A stretch of DNA of 64,000 nucleotides. Origin: Eledone cirrhosa. Taxonomy: Eukaryota. The notes beneath the pieces were generated by a model, which had not been told where the DNA came from, did no database searches, and saw only the letters and a list, made by a program, of their open reading frames with translations. The stretch spans positions 78,492,001 through 78,556,000 of the forward strand of contig OZ024743.1 of the NCBI GenBank assembly GCA_964016885.1, in the 5' to 3' direction. Both the position numbers and the translations under genes were made by a program. Within the stretch, counting starts at the first letter, position 1. Each line of letters opens with the position of its first letter. Positions 25,754 to 39,212 of this stretch are shown piece by piece.

Positions 25754-26782
25754 CAGGAGAACATGATATGAAGGCTAAAAACACTTGTGGATAGTGCAGT
25801 TTTAAATCAACATATGATATGTGGTTTTAGATTGATGTGTGATATTGGGAAAAATATTTTATTTAGAGAGGGGGGGGGTGGAAAGGATGAAAAAGGGGAG
25901 GAGATGAGAGGTAGAGATGGGTGATAGAGAGAAAGAGATAGTTTTTATAACTGAGAGGAGATATATTGTTTTACATAGAGAGGTTGAAAACCGTTGGAAG
26001 ATAATGTATAAATTAAAAGAATTTGAAAATTAACGAAGGGAGGATATGTGCGAGGAAAAAATATTTTATTTAGGGAGGGGGGGGTGGAAAGGATGAAAAA
26101 AGGGGGAGGAGATGAGAGTGAAGGTGGAGAGGGAGAGATGGGTGATAGAGAGAAAGAGATAGTTTTTATAACTGATAAAAGATATATTGTTTTACATAGA
26201 GAGGTTGAGAACCGTTGGAAGATAATGTATAAATTAAAGGAATTTGAAAATTAACGAAGGGAATTTATGTATGAAGATAGAGAGAAAAAATAATAATTGT
26301 GGATGAATATTCTAACGTCAAAAAAAGTGTATGTTGATAAGTATTGTGGCAATTTCAAAATTAACGAAGAGAAAAATTATTAAGGTTTGTGTGTAGAAGG
26401 ATTTGAGAAAAATAATGTGAAGTTAAAGTTTGTATATTGAAGGAATTGATAATATATGCGAATAAAGAGTTAATATGTATTAAGAATGAGTTCGTTGATG
26501 GGGAGAAAAAATAATAAATTAAGGATGAAATTGAGATTAAAAAGTTTTATGATAGAGAGAAAAAATAATAATGATTGCGGATGAATATTCTAACGTCAAA
26601 AAAACAAATGTATATGTTATGAAGGATTTTACAAGGTGAAGATAGAAAGAGGGTAATGAGTAAACAAGTATTATAGAGTGTATAATGCCCTTTAAAGTAA
26701 GGTAGGAAGATGGGTATATTTTAAAGAGGTGTATGTATATGTGCCTTTGAGAAAAGATTCTAAATTGATAAAGAATTGAATA

Positions 26783-28213
26783 TTAACTGTATACTTTGTG
26801 AAAAGTCCTATGGAATTTATGCAGGCAGATAGAAAACAAATCTGTACGTCTATTTATTATAGAATCTAGGTTAGAGATAATGGTAAATTTTTCATTTAGG
26901 CAGAGATTACAGATTTTAGATAGAGAGCTGTTCAAGTATGAGGATGCAGAAGAGACCTTCTTCCAAAAGATGGTATATTTAATGTTTTTGTCTTTCAAGG
27001 ACCATATGAGTTCTGAGAGAGTCGTGTTGGTTCTTTTAAGTTTGTATTTGAAAGATGAATGATGATTATAGAGACGAGCTTTAAAAGAGGTGGTAGTGGA
27101 GCCAAAATAGGTGAAGGAATTGGTGCTAGTTATAATTTTACATTCATAAATTAAGTTTTTATCGAGACAATGATTGTTGAGAGGACATTTATTTTTAATG
27201 CGGCAGTTGCAATTAGAGAGATTATTAATGAGTGACCTAGTGTTATCTATAGAAGGAATTGGATTGGAGAAGTTGTTTGCGATAGGAATAATAGGAATAA
27301 TAGATTCTTGATTTAGAGTTGGATTATGAACATTTAGCGAAGTTGTGTTTGACGTTGTATTTGGGTTTACAGAAGTTAGCCTAGGGTTTACAATGACGTC
27401 GGGAGTACTATTACTGTTATTATGAAATTCAATGTTGGAAGGAAGAGATTTAGTATTTAGTATTTTATTGTTGTGTTTAGAGATGATGTTGGAAATATTG
27501 GAGGATGTAGAATAAGAAAATTTGATGGTGTGTTTGTTAAATATTTTACTATAGATATGTGAGGGAGGGAAGCATTTATTTAAGGCACTAAAAAATAATT
27601 TAGGAATATTGTTATTAATAGAGATGGAGAAAGGAGCATTATACCAGATTATGTTTTTGTATCTAGGTCTTTTATTAAAATTATTGGAATGATCATGATT
27701 AATTATTCTACTGTAAGTTTTTCTAGAATTTGTTTCTTTACTATATTTGATTTTATCTGGATAGCCGGCTTTAGAAAGTGCGTTATTATAGTAATTGGCG
27801 TTAGCATCAAAGATGTTTTTATTAGAAGATATGTTAGATATTCTTTTTCCAATATTACTAACTATAGCATTCTTGATATTGGTAGGATGGTTAGATTTAA
27901 AGTTAACATAATTTAGGTTCTCATTGTTTTTATGGTAAGGGTAATATAGGCCAGTGTCAAGATTAAGAGATACATCCAAGAAATTAGCTAGTTTGATACT
28001 ATTATCAAATTCAATTTTTAGGTTATGTTGGTTAAAGAGATTACGTATATTGTTCTTAATAATATTAAGGTTAACTATATTGCAATTTAGGATAGTAAAG
28101 AGTCCATCGTCACGATAAATTCCACCGCGAAGTTGAGGAATTTTCCGACTCAAAGAGTTCAAAATGAAGATACCAATTAAACCAGTCAATTGGGATGAAT
28201 CGGATGCTCCCAT
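26783..28213 (-). CDS. PLE ORF, N-terminally truncated RT (YRDD) plus thumb, Asn-rich linker and GIY-YIG endonuclease, 476 aa
   Basis: MGASDS, GIYRDDGL, FLDVSLNL, S.HP..IK, CNC..CPL...C, LIY..TYFGST..FKARLYNH, CNLCLNEK; open frame. Confidence 0.9.
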   Translation of the reverse strand: MGASDSSQLTGLIGIFILNSLSRKIPQLRGGIYRDDGLFTILNCNIVNLNIIKNNIRNLFNQHNLKIEFDNSIKLANFLDVSLNLDTGLYYPYHKNNENLNYVNFKSNHPTNIKNAIVSNIGKRISNISSNKNIFDANANYYNNALSKAGYPDKIKYSKETNSRKTYSRIINHDHSNNFNKRPRYKNIIWYNAPFSISINNNIPKLFFSALNKCFPPSHIYSKIFNKHTIKFSYSTSSNISNIISKHNNKILNTKSLPSNIEFHNNSNSTPDVIVNPRLTSVNPNTTSNTTSLNVHNPTLNQESIIPIIPIANNFSNPIPSIDNTRSLINNLSNCNCRIKNKCPLNNHCLDKNLIYECKIITSTNSFTYFGSTTTSFKARLYNHHSSFKYKLKRTNTTLSELIWSLKDKNIKYTIFWKKVSSASSYLNSSLSKICNLCLNEKFTIISNLDSIINRRTDLFSICLHKFHRTFHKVYS

Positions 28214-28219
28214 TGTGAT

Positions 28220-28783
28220 ACAACTTCGCTAAATGTTCATAATCCAACTCTAAATCAAGAATCTATTATTCCTATTATTCCTATCGCAAACAACTTCTCC
28301 AATCCAATTCCTTCTATAGATAACACTAGGTCACTCATTAATAATCTCTCTAATTGCAACTGCCGCATTAAAAATAAATGTCCTCTCAACAATCATTGTC
28401 TCGATAAAAACTTAATTTATGAATGTAAAATTATAACTAGCACCAATTCCTTCACCTATTTTGGCTCCACTACCACCTCTTTTAAAGCTCGTCTCTATAA
28501 TCATCATTCATCTTTCAAATACAAACTTAAAAGAACCAACACGACTCTCTCAGAACTCATATGGTCCTTGAAAGACAAAAACATTAAATATACCATCTTT
28601 TGGAAGAAGGTCTCTTCTGCATCCTCATACTTGAACAGCTCTCTATCTAAAATCTGTAATCTCTGCCTAAATGAAAAATTTACCATTATCTCTAACCTAG
28701 ATTCTATAATAAATAGACGTACAGATTTGTTTTCTATCTGCCTGCATAAATTCCATAGGACTTTTCACAAAGTATACAGTTAA
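28220..28783 (+). pseudogene. Inverted duplicate of the PLE linker and GIY-YIG region
   Basis: Reverse complement of 26783-27346. Confidence 0.9.
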
Positions 28784-29812
28784 TATTCAATTCTTTATCA
28801 ATTTAGAATCTTTTCTCAAAGGCACATATACATACACCTCTTTAAAATATACCCATCTTCCTACCTTACTTTAAAGGGCATTATACACTCTATAATACTT
28901 GTTTACTCATTACCCTCTTTCTATCTTCACCTTGTAAAATCCTTCATAACATATACATTTGTTTTTTTTGACGTTAGAATATTCATCCGCAATCATTATT
29001 ATTTTTTCTCTCTATCATAAAACTTTTTAATCTCAATTTCATCCTTAATTTATTATTTTTTCTCCCCATCAACGAACTCATTCTTAATACATATTAACTC
29101 TTTATTCGCATATATTATCAATTCCTTCAATATACAAACTTTAACTTCACATTATTTTTCTCAAATCCTTCTACACACAAACCTTAATAATTTTTCTCTT
29201 CGTTAATTTTGAAATTGCCACAATACTTATCAACATACACTTTTTTTGACGTTAGAATATTCATCCACAATTATTATTTTTTCTCTCTATCTTCATACAT
29301 AAATTCCCTTCGTTAATTTTCAAATTCCTTTAATTTATACATTATCTTCCAACGGTTCTCAACCTCTCTATGTAAAACAATATATCTTTTATCAGTTATA
29401 AAAACTATCTCTTTCTCTCTATCACCCATCTCTCCCTCTCCACCTTCACTCTCATCTCCTCCCCCTTTTTTCATCCTTTCCACCCCCCCTCCCTAAATAA
29501 AATATTTTTTCCTCGCACATATCCTCCCTTCGTTAATTTTCAAATTCTTTTAATTTATACATTATCTTCCAACGGTTTTCAACCTCTCTATGTAAAACAA
29601 TATATCTCCTCTCAGTTATAAAAACTATCTCTTTCTCTCTATCACCCATCTCTCCCTCTCATCTCCTCCCCTCTTTCATCCTTTCCCCCCCCCCCCTCTC
29701 TAAATAAAATATTTTTCCCAATATCACACATCAATCTAAAACCACTTTTCATATGTTGATTTAAAACTGCACTATCCACAAGTGTTTTTACCCTTCATAT
29801 CATGTTCTCCTG

Positions 29813-29879
29813 TTTTATCTGATGAAAACACAAATATTATTGCATGATGATGTTTGTTTTTGAAATGCGCATAATAAAA
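29813..29879 (+). ncRNA. Type I hammerhead ribozyme in PLE 3' terminus
   Basis: ttttat-CTGATGA-AT-rich stem II-GAAA-tgcgca (palindrome)-TA-ataaaa. Confidence 0.8.
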
Positions 29880-30020
29880 TACATGGAACTCCTTTAACCA
29901 TCTTTTGATCTTATATTATGTATACTCCAGTCCTACAAACTGTAGAGTGCTTCTTATCCGATATCTGCATTGCTTTATTGTACTACAATAAAACTCACCT
30001 CCTATATATATATATATATA

Positions 30021-30428
30021 TATATATCATAAAACATGTCTATAGAATCACCAGATAAAATACATACCGTTTCCTCTCCCAATTACTATAATTAACCATA
30101 CAAAAAATTGATTAGACCAAGCTATAAGAATAAAGGCTTCTATGAAGAAATCTCCGACAAATAACTGAAAGCAGCCCTTCGCGGCGGTTGCGACGGTTGG
30201 TTGACTATATCTGGTCGATTTATACACGCTTTCGAAATACTCAATAAATACTCCGTCGCAACCGCCGCGAAGGGCTGCTTTCAGTTATTTGTCAGAGATT
30301 TCTTCATAGAAGCCTTTATTCTTATAGCTTGGTCTAATCGATGTTTTGTATGGTTAATTATGCTAATTGGGAGAGGAAACGGTATGTATTTTATCTGGTG
30401 ATTCTATAGACATGTTTTATGATATATA
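30021..30428. repeat. Fold-back element, ~175-bp arms and ~56-nt spacer
   Basis: 30021-30196 vs 30253-30428, a few mismatches; flanked by (TA)n. Confidence 0.9.
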
Positions 30429-30525
30429 GCTCTGATTATTTAATTTATTAACTCTTCATTGAGCCAGAAGGTGACCCGTTGCAAAACACATATATATATG
30501 TGTATATATATATATATATGTAAAC

Positions 30526-30565
<40 letters not shown>

Positions 30566-30577
30566 CTTTATACATAT

Positions 30578-30627
<50 letters not shown>

Positions 30628-30637
30628 GTTTACATAT

Positions 30638-30669
<32 letters not shown>

Positions 30670-30679
30670 CTTTATATAT

Positions 30680-30794
<115 letters not shown>

Positions 30795-30795
30795 C

Positions 30796-30899
<104 letters not shown>

Positions 30900-31004
30900 G
30901 TATAAATAAATAAAAAAAATGTTCGCTCGACATGGCTGAATACAATAAATGTAATCTGGGTTTTTCGAATATTAATAACAACATCCGATAACATCGAATA
31001 TTAA

Positions 31005-31383
31005 TAATTGTTTCTACTTTTGGTACAAGGCCAGCAATTAACCAGTACATTACTGGTACTTTATTTTATCGACCCCGTAAGGATGAAAGGCAAAGTTAAC
31101 CTCGGCGGGATTTGAACTCAGAATGGAAAGGGCTGTAATTCTATGCGTCAAAGCATGATGTCCGACCCTCTACCGATACTGCCAATCCTATTAATAATAA
31201 CTGTTTCTACTATAGGCACAAGGCCAGCAATTACCCAGTACATTACTGGTACTTTATTTTATCGACCCCGTAAGGATAAAAGGCAAAGTCAACCTCGGCG
31301 GGATTTGAACTCAGATCGTAAAGGGACGTAACTATGCTGGAAAGCATGGCGTCCGACCCTCTCCTGATACTGCCAATCCACCG
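31005..31383 (-). mobile_element. Two tandem SINE family A copies
   Basis: Match to consensus. Confidence 0.88.
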
Positions 31384-31402
31384 ATAACATCCAATAATAA
31401 CA

Positions 31403-31568
<166 letters not shown>

Positions 31569-31747
31569 TAAATTAGAATAACAGATTAAAGTTTAAGCAA
31601 AGAATCGCTGCTTTCACCCTTAACGGAATATTTCAAAAAACGTTGCAACCGGAGGAAGACAGGAAGACGATACTTTGGTTCGTGGAAACGTTCCCTGGCA
31701 AAGAACGGGAAAAAACGAATAGTCTTCAAATTTATTATTATTACTAT

Positions 31748-31932
31748 GTGGATTGGCAGTATCAGTAGAGAGTCGGACGCCATACTTTCCAGCATAGTTA
31801 CGTCCCTTCACGATCTGAGTTCAAATCCCGCCGAGGTTGACTTTGCCTTTCATCCTTACGGGGTCGATAAAATAAAGTACGAGTAATGCACTGGATAATT
31901 TGCTGGCCTGGTGCCTAAAGTAGAAACAATTA
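31748..31932 (+). mobile_element. SINE family A
   Basis: Match to consensus. Confidence 0.88.
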
Positions 31933-32039
31933 TTATTACTATATATATATATGTAAAAGGTAAACAGAAATAACAACACAACCGGTACAGTATATGGAAG
32001 GTATATATTAGGTTAACGCTTGATATAGCAGGAAGAGGG

Positions 32040-32075
32040 TCTTAACGTTTCGGACGCTAGTCCTTCACCAGAAGA
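32040..32075 (-). ncRNA. Minimal hammerhead, core mutated (CTGGTGA)
   Basis: Minus strand: tctt-CTGGTGA-aggac-tagc-gtcc-GAAA-cg-TT-aaga; part of repeat 31952-32210 / 34189-34445. Confidence 0.6.
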
Positions 32076-32305
32076 AATAATGAGAAATAGAATAGATTGA
32101 GGGGATGGGCAGGTTTGGAATTAGAAAAAATGTCTTTAGATAAAAATAACAGGTCCATTCATGTTGACGTCTCTTGCAAAACTGTTGGTGCTGGCGTTTT
32201 GTGTATGATTTGTTTTTTAGAAAAGTAGATGATGGTGCGCGTCTACCTGAAATGGAGAAAAAAAACGTTTTGTAAAAAGAGGTATACTTGTGCACGCGCA
32301 TAAGC

Positions 32306-32395
<90 letters not shown>

Positions 32396-33130
32396 ACGTA
32401 CCTAAGAAGAAATGTGTGTGTATATGTGAGTAAAAGTGTGTGTGTACATGTAAGTACGAAGCTATGAGCAAAAGTATATTAATATAAGGGTATGTATGTG
32501 TATATACAGAGCAGTGAAGGGAAAAGTGGAGTGAGCATATATATAGCATATGTGTGAGTGTGTACATGTGTGTGTGTGTGTATCTGTATGTTTGATCAGC
32601 TGTTTTGACAGCCTGATTGTCACAATAGATGATGGGTAATATATGATGTCTCTTGTAATCAACATAGAACACCGGAAATGATTCATTCCCACTCTGAAGT
32701 CCAACAAATGCTTGAAACTAATTTGACATATTTATATAAGAATATGACTGAAATATTTAGGAGATTTATATATTAAATTTATTGCAGATAGATTCATCTT
32801 TCATAATGTGTTGCACTTGTGAAAGCTTTTAAACGTTGTCAATAACAAGAAAACAACAATATAACGCTGAGCCAAGGTCAATGAACTAAAAACAAAAAAA
32901 TAAAATTTGAGTCCATGTGAATGAGTTAAAAACAAATTAAAAAATAAAATTTGAACTCGCGTCAGTGAACTAGAAAAAAATTATTAGACACTAGCTGAGG
33001 TACCCGGTAATACCCGGGAGCGGGGGTATTCCCAGTTCCTATTAAAATGTCCAATGCCGCTCAGACCAAAAATGAAATCAAAATATAGGACAGATAATCA
33101 AAAGCGAAGACAAATTCATTTACGAAACAA

Positions 33131-33313
33131 TAATTGTTTCTACTTTAGGCACAAGGCCAGCAATTACCTAGTGCATTACTGGTACTTTATTTTATCGACC
33201 CCGTAAGGATGAAAGGCAAAGTCAACCTCGGCGGGATTTGAACTCATATCGTAAAGGGACGTAACTATGCTGGAAAGCATGGCGTCCGTCCCTCTACCGA
33301 TACTGCCAATCCA
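33131..33313 (-). mobile_element. SINE family A
   Basis: Match to consensus. Confidence 0.88.
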
Positions 33314-34277
33314 TCCCTGTGTGAATTAATAGTATTCGTTTGGTATAGACGATGGCCAGACGGCGATGGCGGACTTCCCGCCAACACACCCGACGCCTAA
33401 GACAGTTACATTCCTGGAGTGTTCGGAAAAATTAATTTCCATTTCTTTCGCTAGACGATATCACTCGGAACGGCTGACACGTGGTTAGGAAGGACTAGCT
33501 GGGATCTGCAGTCGTCGCTGATTATTGACTGCTAAACAAGGGCTTAATCGCCACTCTATATCCTACCCTGAAAACTTATCGAGAATATCTATAATACACT
33601 TAAACTTTTTCATAAAAGATTCTTTCTGTAAATTCTTTAACTAAATCTCACAACCAAACCGTAAACCTTTTTTTCTAATTTCATCCTATAACTCTAAATA
33701 CAAGTTTAACATTCCTAATTGCTAACCGAAATTTCTGTCCTCACATTATACCATACAGACGCCCACTATATATGCCTTTGTTAAAGATATATGTGCTTTG
33801 GAAAAAACATTTTTCGCAGCATTTTCTAGCACGGACGGTCAGCCTGGTTGTGGCATGACCTTTTCTCTTTGACGGAGAGGTAGTAGTACATTATAAGCTT
33901 ATGCCCCCTCACCAGATGGCCATAGGTAGACTTAATAATCAACACTCGAGGGCGGCCGACTGAGGTAGAAGCTGCTAAATAGTCGGTCGTTCTCTTGTCT
34001 CTGATTTTCAGCCCCATGGATTTTATCTGTTATATTCCTTTGTTATATTTCGAATACCTGATGATATCACCGGATCCATACTGAACCCGGTCATTGAAAT
34101 GATCATAGTATAATACACCTTTCAAGGATTTACACCAGTCCAGCCTCCTGTTATTTTATTATATATATATATATATGGGGGGAGGTGTATGTAAGAGGTA
34201 AACAGTAATAACAACACAATCGGTACAGTATATAGAAGGGATATATTAGGTTAACGCTTGATATAGCAGGAAGAAGG

Positions 34278-34313
34278 TCTCAACGTTTCAGACGCTAGTC
34301 CTTCATCAGAAGA
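34278..34313 (-). ncRNA. Minimal PLE-type hammerhead with palindromic aacgtt stem III
   Basis: Minus strand: tctt-CTGATGA-aggac-tagc-gtct-GAAA-cg-TT-gaga. Confidence 0.7.
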
Positions 34314-34719
34314 AAGAATGAGAAATAAGATAGATTGAGGGGACAGGCGGGTTGGAATTGGAAAAAATGTATTTATTAAAACAACAGGTCCTATCATGTT
34401 GACATCTCTTGCAAAACTGTTGGTGCTGCAGTTTTGTGTATGATTATATATATATAGAGAGAGAGAGGGAAAGAGAGAAGGAGAGGGGGGCGGGAAAGAG
34501 AGGAGAGCAGGGAGTGATATGCCAGGTTCAATTCCTCGCAGGCGTCGTCATCTCTTCCACTGGCATCAGGAGCATTTTATCCAACTTATTCAAATACTAT
34601 TATATTTATCTTTATTGTGGTGACTATATTTTCAAATTTCAAATCTCGCAAATCTATATATACATATAAATCTATATATAAATCTATATATACAAATAAA
34701 ATAAAAATGTCATGAACAT

Positions 34720-35020
34720 TACAATACAACACAATAGGAAGGAAGATGATAATAGTACCACTGATGATGTTGCAGATGTGCAACGAAAGAACTTTGATAG
34801 CCTATATATATATATTTATATCTGTATTTTTAACCGTTGGTCAGTTAATGATAAGCATTGATTGCCAAATAAATTAACTCTGCAGAAGCGAAAACCAACC
34901 AAACAGTGAGTGTGTTCTGTTATTATTTCTGGCAATATTATTCCAACAATGTAACCCTCCCCAAATATAACAATATTTATTTCGACACATGATTTCATAT
35001 AAAAAACCTTGCAAAACAAA
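34720..35020 (+). mobile_element. PLE 3' terminus with HHR-like motif at 34757-34796
   Basis: Diverged inverted homolog of 35080-35345; CTGATGA-tgttgca-gatg-tgcaac-GAAA; stems I and III weak. Confidence 0.65.
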
Positions 35021-35079
35021 TTCATCGCCGTCATATATATACATATATTATAATATATCAAACATATACATATATATAT

Positions 35080-35570
35080 TTTATACTTGGGGAGGGTCAT
35101 ATTTGTGTAATATTGCCAGAATTAATAACAGAACACACTCACTGTTTGGTTGGTTTTCGCTTCTGTGTCTTTTATATCGGTTAATTTAATTTATTCGGTC
35201 CTCAATGTTGCCATTGACTGACCAACGGTCAAAAATACAGATACAATATAGACATAAACACATATATATAGTCTATCAAAGTTCTTTCGTTGCACATCTG
35301 CAACATCGTCAGTGGTGCTATTGTTTCCTCCCGTTGTATTGTATTTTCTACGCCATCTTTATTTAGTCTGTTTATATATTTATTTATTTGTTTATTTATA
35401 TTTTTTTCGTCTTCTTTGCGCATGCGTTTGCGTGTGTGTATAGTGTTTTGTTTGATGTGTGTTCGTGATTGGGTGACTGTGTATTGGTTAATGTATTCAA
35501 TCTTTACTAGTGTGTGTTTATATGTGTTTGTTGTTATTGTGCTTGTGTATGTATTTATTTATTTATCTAT

Positions 35571-35609
<39 letters not shown>

Positions 35610-37255
35610 TACTTCTCTTAGGTCAGTGTTGTTTGTTTGGGTGTTGTTATTCCATTCATTTTTTCTGTTTAGCCTTGGCCTTCTAAGTTCTATTTCACTG
35701 GCCTCTCTGATTTGCCTATCTGCTGGGTCATTTCTATGTTTAGATATTATTCTAATTTCTATGTTGTCTATGTTACCGTCGTGTTGTTGTCTGGCATGTT
35801 CGTATAGTACTGAACCGTTTTTTCGTCCTTTTAGTTCCCCCAGTGTTGGTCTATCCTTTCACCTATGCTACGAGCTGTCTCGCCTATGTATGTTGTTGTC
35901 ATGTTTCTGCAAGTACCCTCTGTACATCTCTGCTATAGACTACGTTTCTAGTTTTACAGTTCATCCGGGGCTTTACTTTACATATGATACATTTCCTATT
36001 AGTACAGTGGGTTTTCTTAAAAGGGTAGGTTTTGCTGATCAGGGATTTTATGGTGGTTCCTGGCTTTTCTACCACCTTAATCTTTAAGTGGGTCTTTCTC
36101 AGGGCCTTTCTACACTGGTTAGCTAATTTCCCTCCAGGGGTAGCGTCCACAAACATGACACTCTGGTATCTCTGGTTGTCGTACCATGAGGTGGCTTTCC
36201 CTATCTTATGTCTAGCCCTATCTAAGCTATTCCCTGATTTGCTCCTGTATAATGGGCAAATTCCTTTCATGTCCAGTTCTATGAGGGTGTTATACTTCTC
36301 CGTCGCTCCTTTGTATACTCTGAATCTGTCTCTTTGGTTGTAGCCAGAGAACTACATGCGGTTAATGAGGTGTTGGATGTGTCTTTCCATTTCTGTTGGG
36401 TCGCACATGCGGGACACGTTCTTCATCACTCGTACCAAGTCTGCGATCAGAATATTAAACTTAGCACTACTGGACATTGCTGAGTTTTTGAGTATCAGGT
36501 ATTTGGAGGCCATGGGTTTAACATAGTGTGAGTGGAGAATTTGGGCTCTCTCGTCTATAGTGTTAATCCAGAGTACCGTGTCTAATACAGGTAGTCTATT
36601 GTTAGGGTGTTTGGAAGGGTAGTCGATAGTTACAGTTATACTCCGGTGTATGGAATTAGCTATCTGCTGGATACTTTCCATTGTGCTACGTTCTAAATCA
36701 AAGTTGTTAGTGCTCTCTTGTGGGGATGTTCTTATTACTATATTGATATCGTCTACGTAACGAGAGTACATGATGAGGTCTATGGAGCTCTCATCAAGGA
36801 GATCTTTAAGTCTCCTTTCCCACCATACCATAAAAAGGTTGGCAACGTCACCAGCTATGCTGACGTCAATGGCTGCTCCCTCATTTTGGGTGTAGATCTT
36901 CTCGTTGAACTTGAATATGTGGCCCTTTAGGGTAGTTTTGATACTAGCCCCTATTGCATGTGCGACCATTTTTCTTACCTGATCATTGTTTTGGGGGGTC
37001 CGTATAGCTTTGGTCCACCCAATCCACTCTCCTATGGGAGACTTTTTAGCCATTGAGGTTATGGTGGGGGTCTACCTCTTATGGGTCTACTGGGGCAGAA
37101 ACGTCTAAGGTCATGGCTGTCTAATTAGTCAGTGTCGTAGGTAAGTCTAAGTAGGAGGCCCAATTCGACTGTGTCGACGTCGCAGAACTCCACCTCACTC
37201 TCAATGATCATCACCACACATTTTTCCACAGCAAAATCAATGTTAATGGATGGGT
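35080..37255 (-). mobile_element. Degraded Penelope-like element of a different clade (RT YVDD plus GIY-YIG remnant plus 3' UTR)
   Basis: F.FN.KIY.Q.EG.AI...AG..ANLFM, YSRYVDD, LPVLD, Y.KPMAS, FVDATPGG.L, C...C..C..CKT.NVVY; stops and frameshifts; HHR-like motif at 35277-35316. Confidence 0.85.
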
Positions 37256-37336
37256 ACAGTGATACCGCATCCATGCTGCCTATATATATATTAAAATACG
37301 AATATTAATAAAATAGATGTTCTTTTGATCAATTAA

Positions 37337-37389
37337 ATTTTATTATACATATTTCAGAGGTACAACAGTACGTCCTCATCAGACAAAAT
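37337..37389 (-). ncRNA. Type I hammerhead ribozyme
   Basis: Minus strand: attttgt-CTGATGA-ggacgtac-tgtt-gtacctct-GAAA-tatgta-TA-ataaaat. Confidence 0.75.
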
Positions 37390-38062
37390 ATAATGATACA
37401 TGGCATACCCTGAGATGTTAAATGGTTAAGATTTAATCAAAGTAGTGAATAACCTATGAGAAAACTCAACATTTATTCCCTAATAATGAGAAAATGCGAA
37501 AACGTAATAGATTCAATAGAGAAGGTATGAGTAAGAAAATTGTTGCTTTAATGTAACAGTTATAGAGATTTTAAAATGTGGGATACTACAAATTAGGATT
37601 ATAGAGGAAGACGTCTCTGGAATTATAATTTTATTACAGTTTATGAAGGCAACCGATAGATAATAAAGGGGAGTAATTTATGCAAACAATTTATTTTCCC
37701 CATATGGACTTAGCGGTTAAGTTTCAAAATATTTAATTTATGTTATTTTAGGGTGGAGAATCAAAATTTTAAGTTTTTAAAAGTTGTTGGTTATTTATAT
37801 TAATTCATTTTATAAATTTTATAAATTTTTTAAATGTGTTACATTTCTAACATTCTGAACTTTATGAAAACAAAATTAAAGGATTTACTAGGCCCGCGAA
37901 AGAAAAATATACACTGTTGAATATACCCTTAAATGTAATCTTTAACAAAAATTACCTCTAACAGTGTCAACATTTTCGGTATGTAAAATTATGAAGTACT
38001 TACTGTTACAAATATCGAAGAGTTTATTGTCAAGTAGATACATTGTCTAAAGTATAATGATA

Positions 38063-38199
<137 letters not shown>

Positions 38200-38757
38200 T
38201 TATCGTAATAAATTACTATTTATTATGTTATATTAAATCACTATATTAGTTCTACCTTCGGGGGAAGAATGAACTCTAAATAATGATTATGTTATTGTAC
38301 AATATATTTATATTTGGACAGACTATATATAGCGTTATACCGAAACAATAATTATGATTAAGTTATTATACATTATAAATATAGATGCAAAAAACCAAAT
38401 GCAGAGATATACGTAACTAATAATATTATTATGTTATTATACAGTATACACATGTTTGCAAAGAAATTACGTATAGAGAGATATACTAAGTATTAATGAG
38501 ACAGTATACTTTTGGTAAATGATAACGATTATAATCTTAGATAATAGATTCAAACATACATAACTTAAAATAATGTAAACGCATGAATGATTCACAGTTC
38601 AAAATAAGGTCCGTAAAAATTTACAGGTTGTATATTTGAACTATATTTAAAACATAGATAGAAAAATAAAGATAGAGAAATAATGGTATGCATTTGGTTT
38701 TTTGCATCTATATTTATAACTTATTCTTTGATGTACTCATTGAATCTTGTTTAACTC

Positions 38758-38800
<43 letters not shown>

Positions 38801-38904
38801 CAAACCGATCTATCTAGCTTTCTCTCTTTCTCTCTCTCCCTCACACACCCTCTCTCTATATATATACACACACAACCACATATGTTGATACAATATATGA
38901 TATA

Positions 38905-38969
<65 letters not shown>

Positions 38970-39030
38970 GGTGTGTGTGTGTGATATTCAAATGATTGAC
39001 AGACACATCTGCCAGGAAACATTATATGTA

Positions 39031-39212
39031 ATTGGCAGTATCGGTAGAGGGTCGGACGCCATGCTTTGAAGCATAGAATTACCTCCCTTTATGGTCTGAG
39101 TTCAAATCCCGCGGAGGTTAACTTTGCCTTTCATCCTTACGGAGTCGATAAAATAAAGTACCAGTAATGCACTGGGTAATTGCTGGCCTTGTGCCAAATG
39201 TAGAAACAATTA
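39031..39212 (+). mobile_element. SINE family A
   Basis: Match to consensus. Confidence 0.88.

Larger units (their letters stand above)
25647..30002. mobile_element. Penelope-like element, head-to-head inverted pair
   Basis: 25647-27346 and 28220-29919 are near-identical inverted arms; both outer ends abut (TA)n. Confidence 0.93.

Noticed and set aside
35290-36087. 265-aa hydrophobic ORF
   Set aside because: Antisense to a PLE 3' region and TTTA repeats
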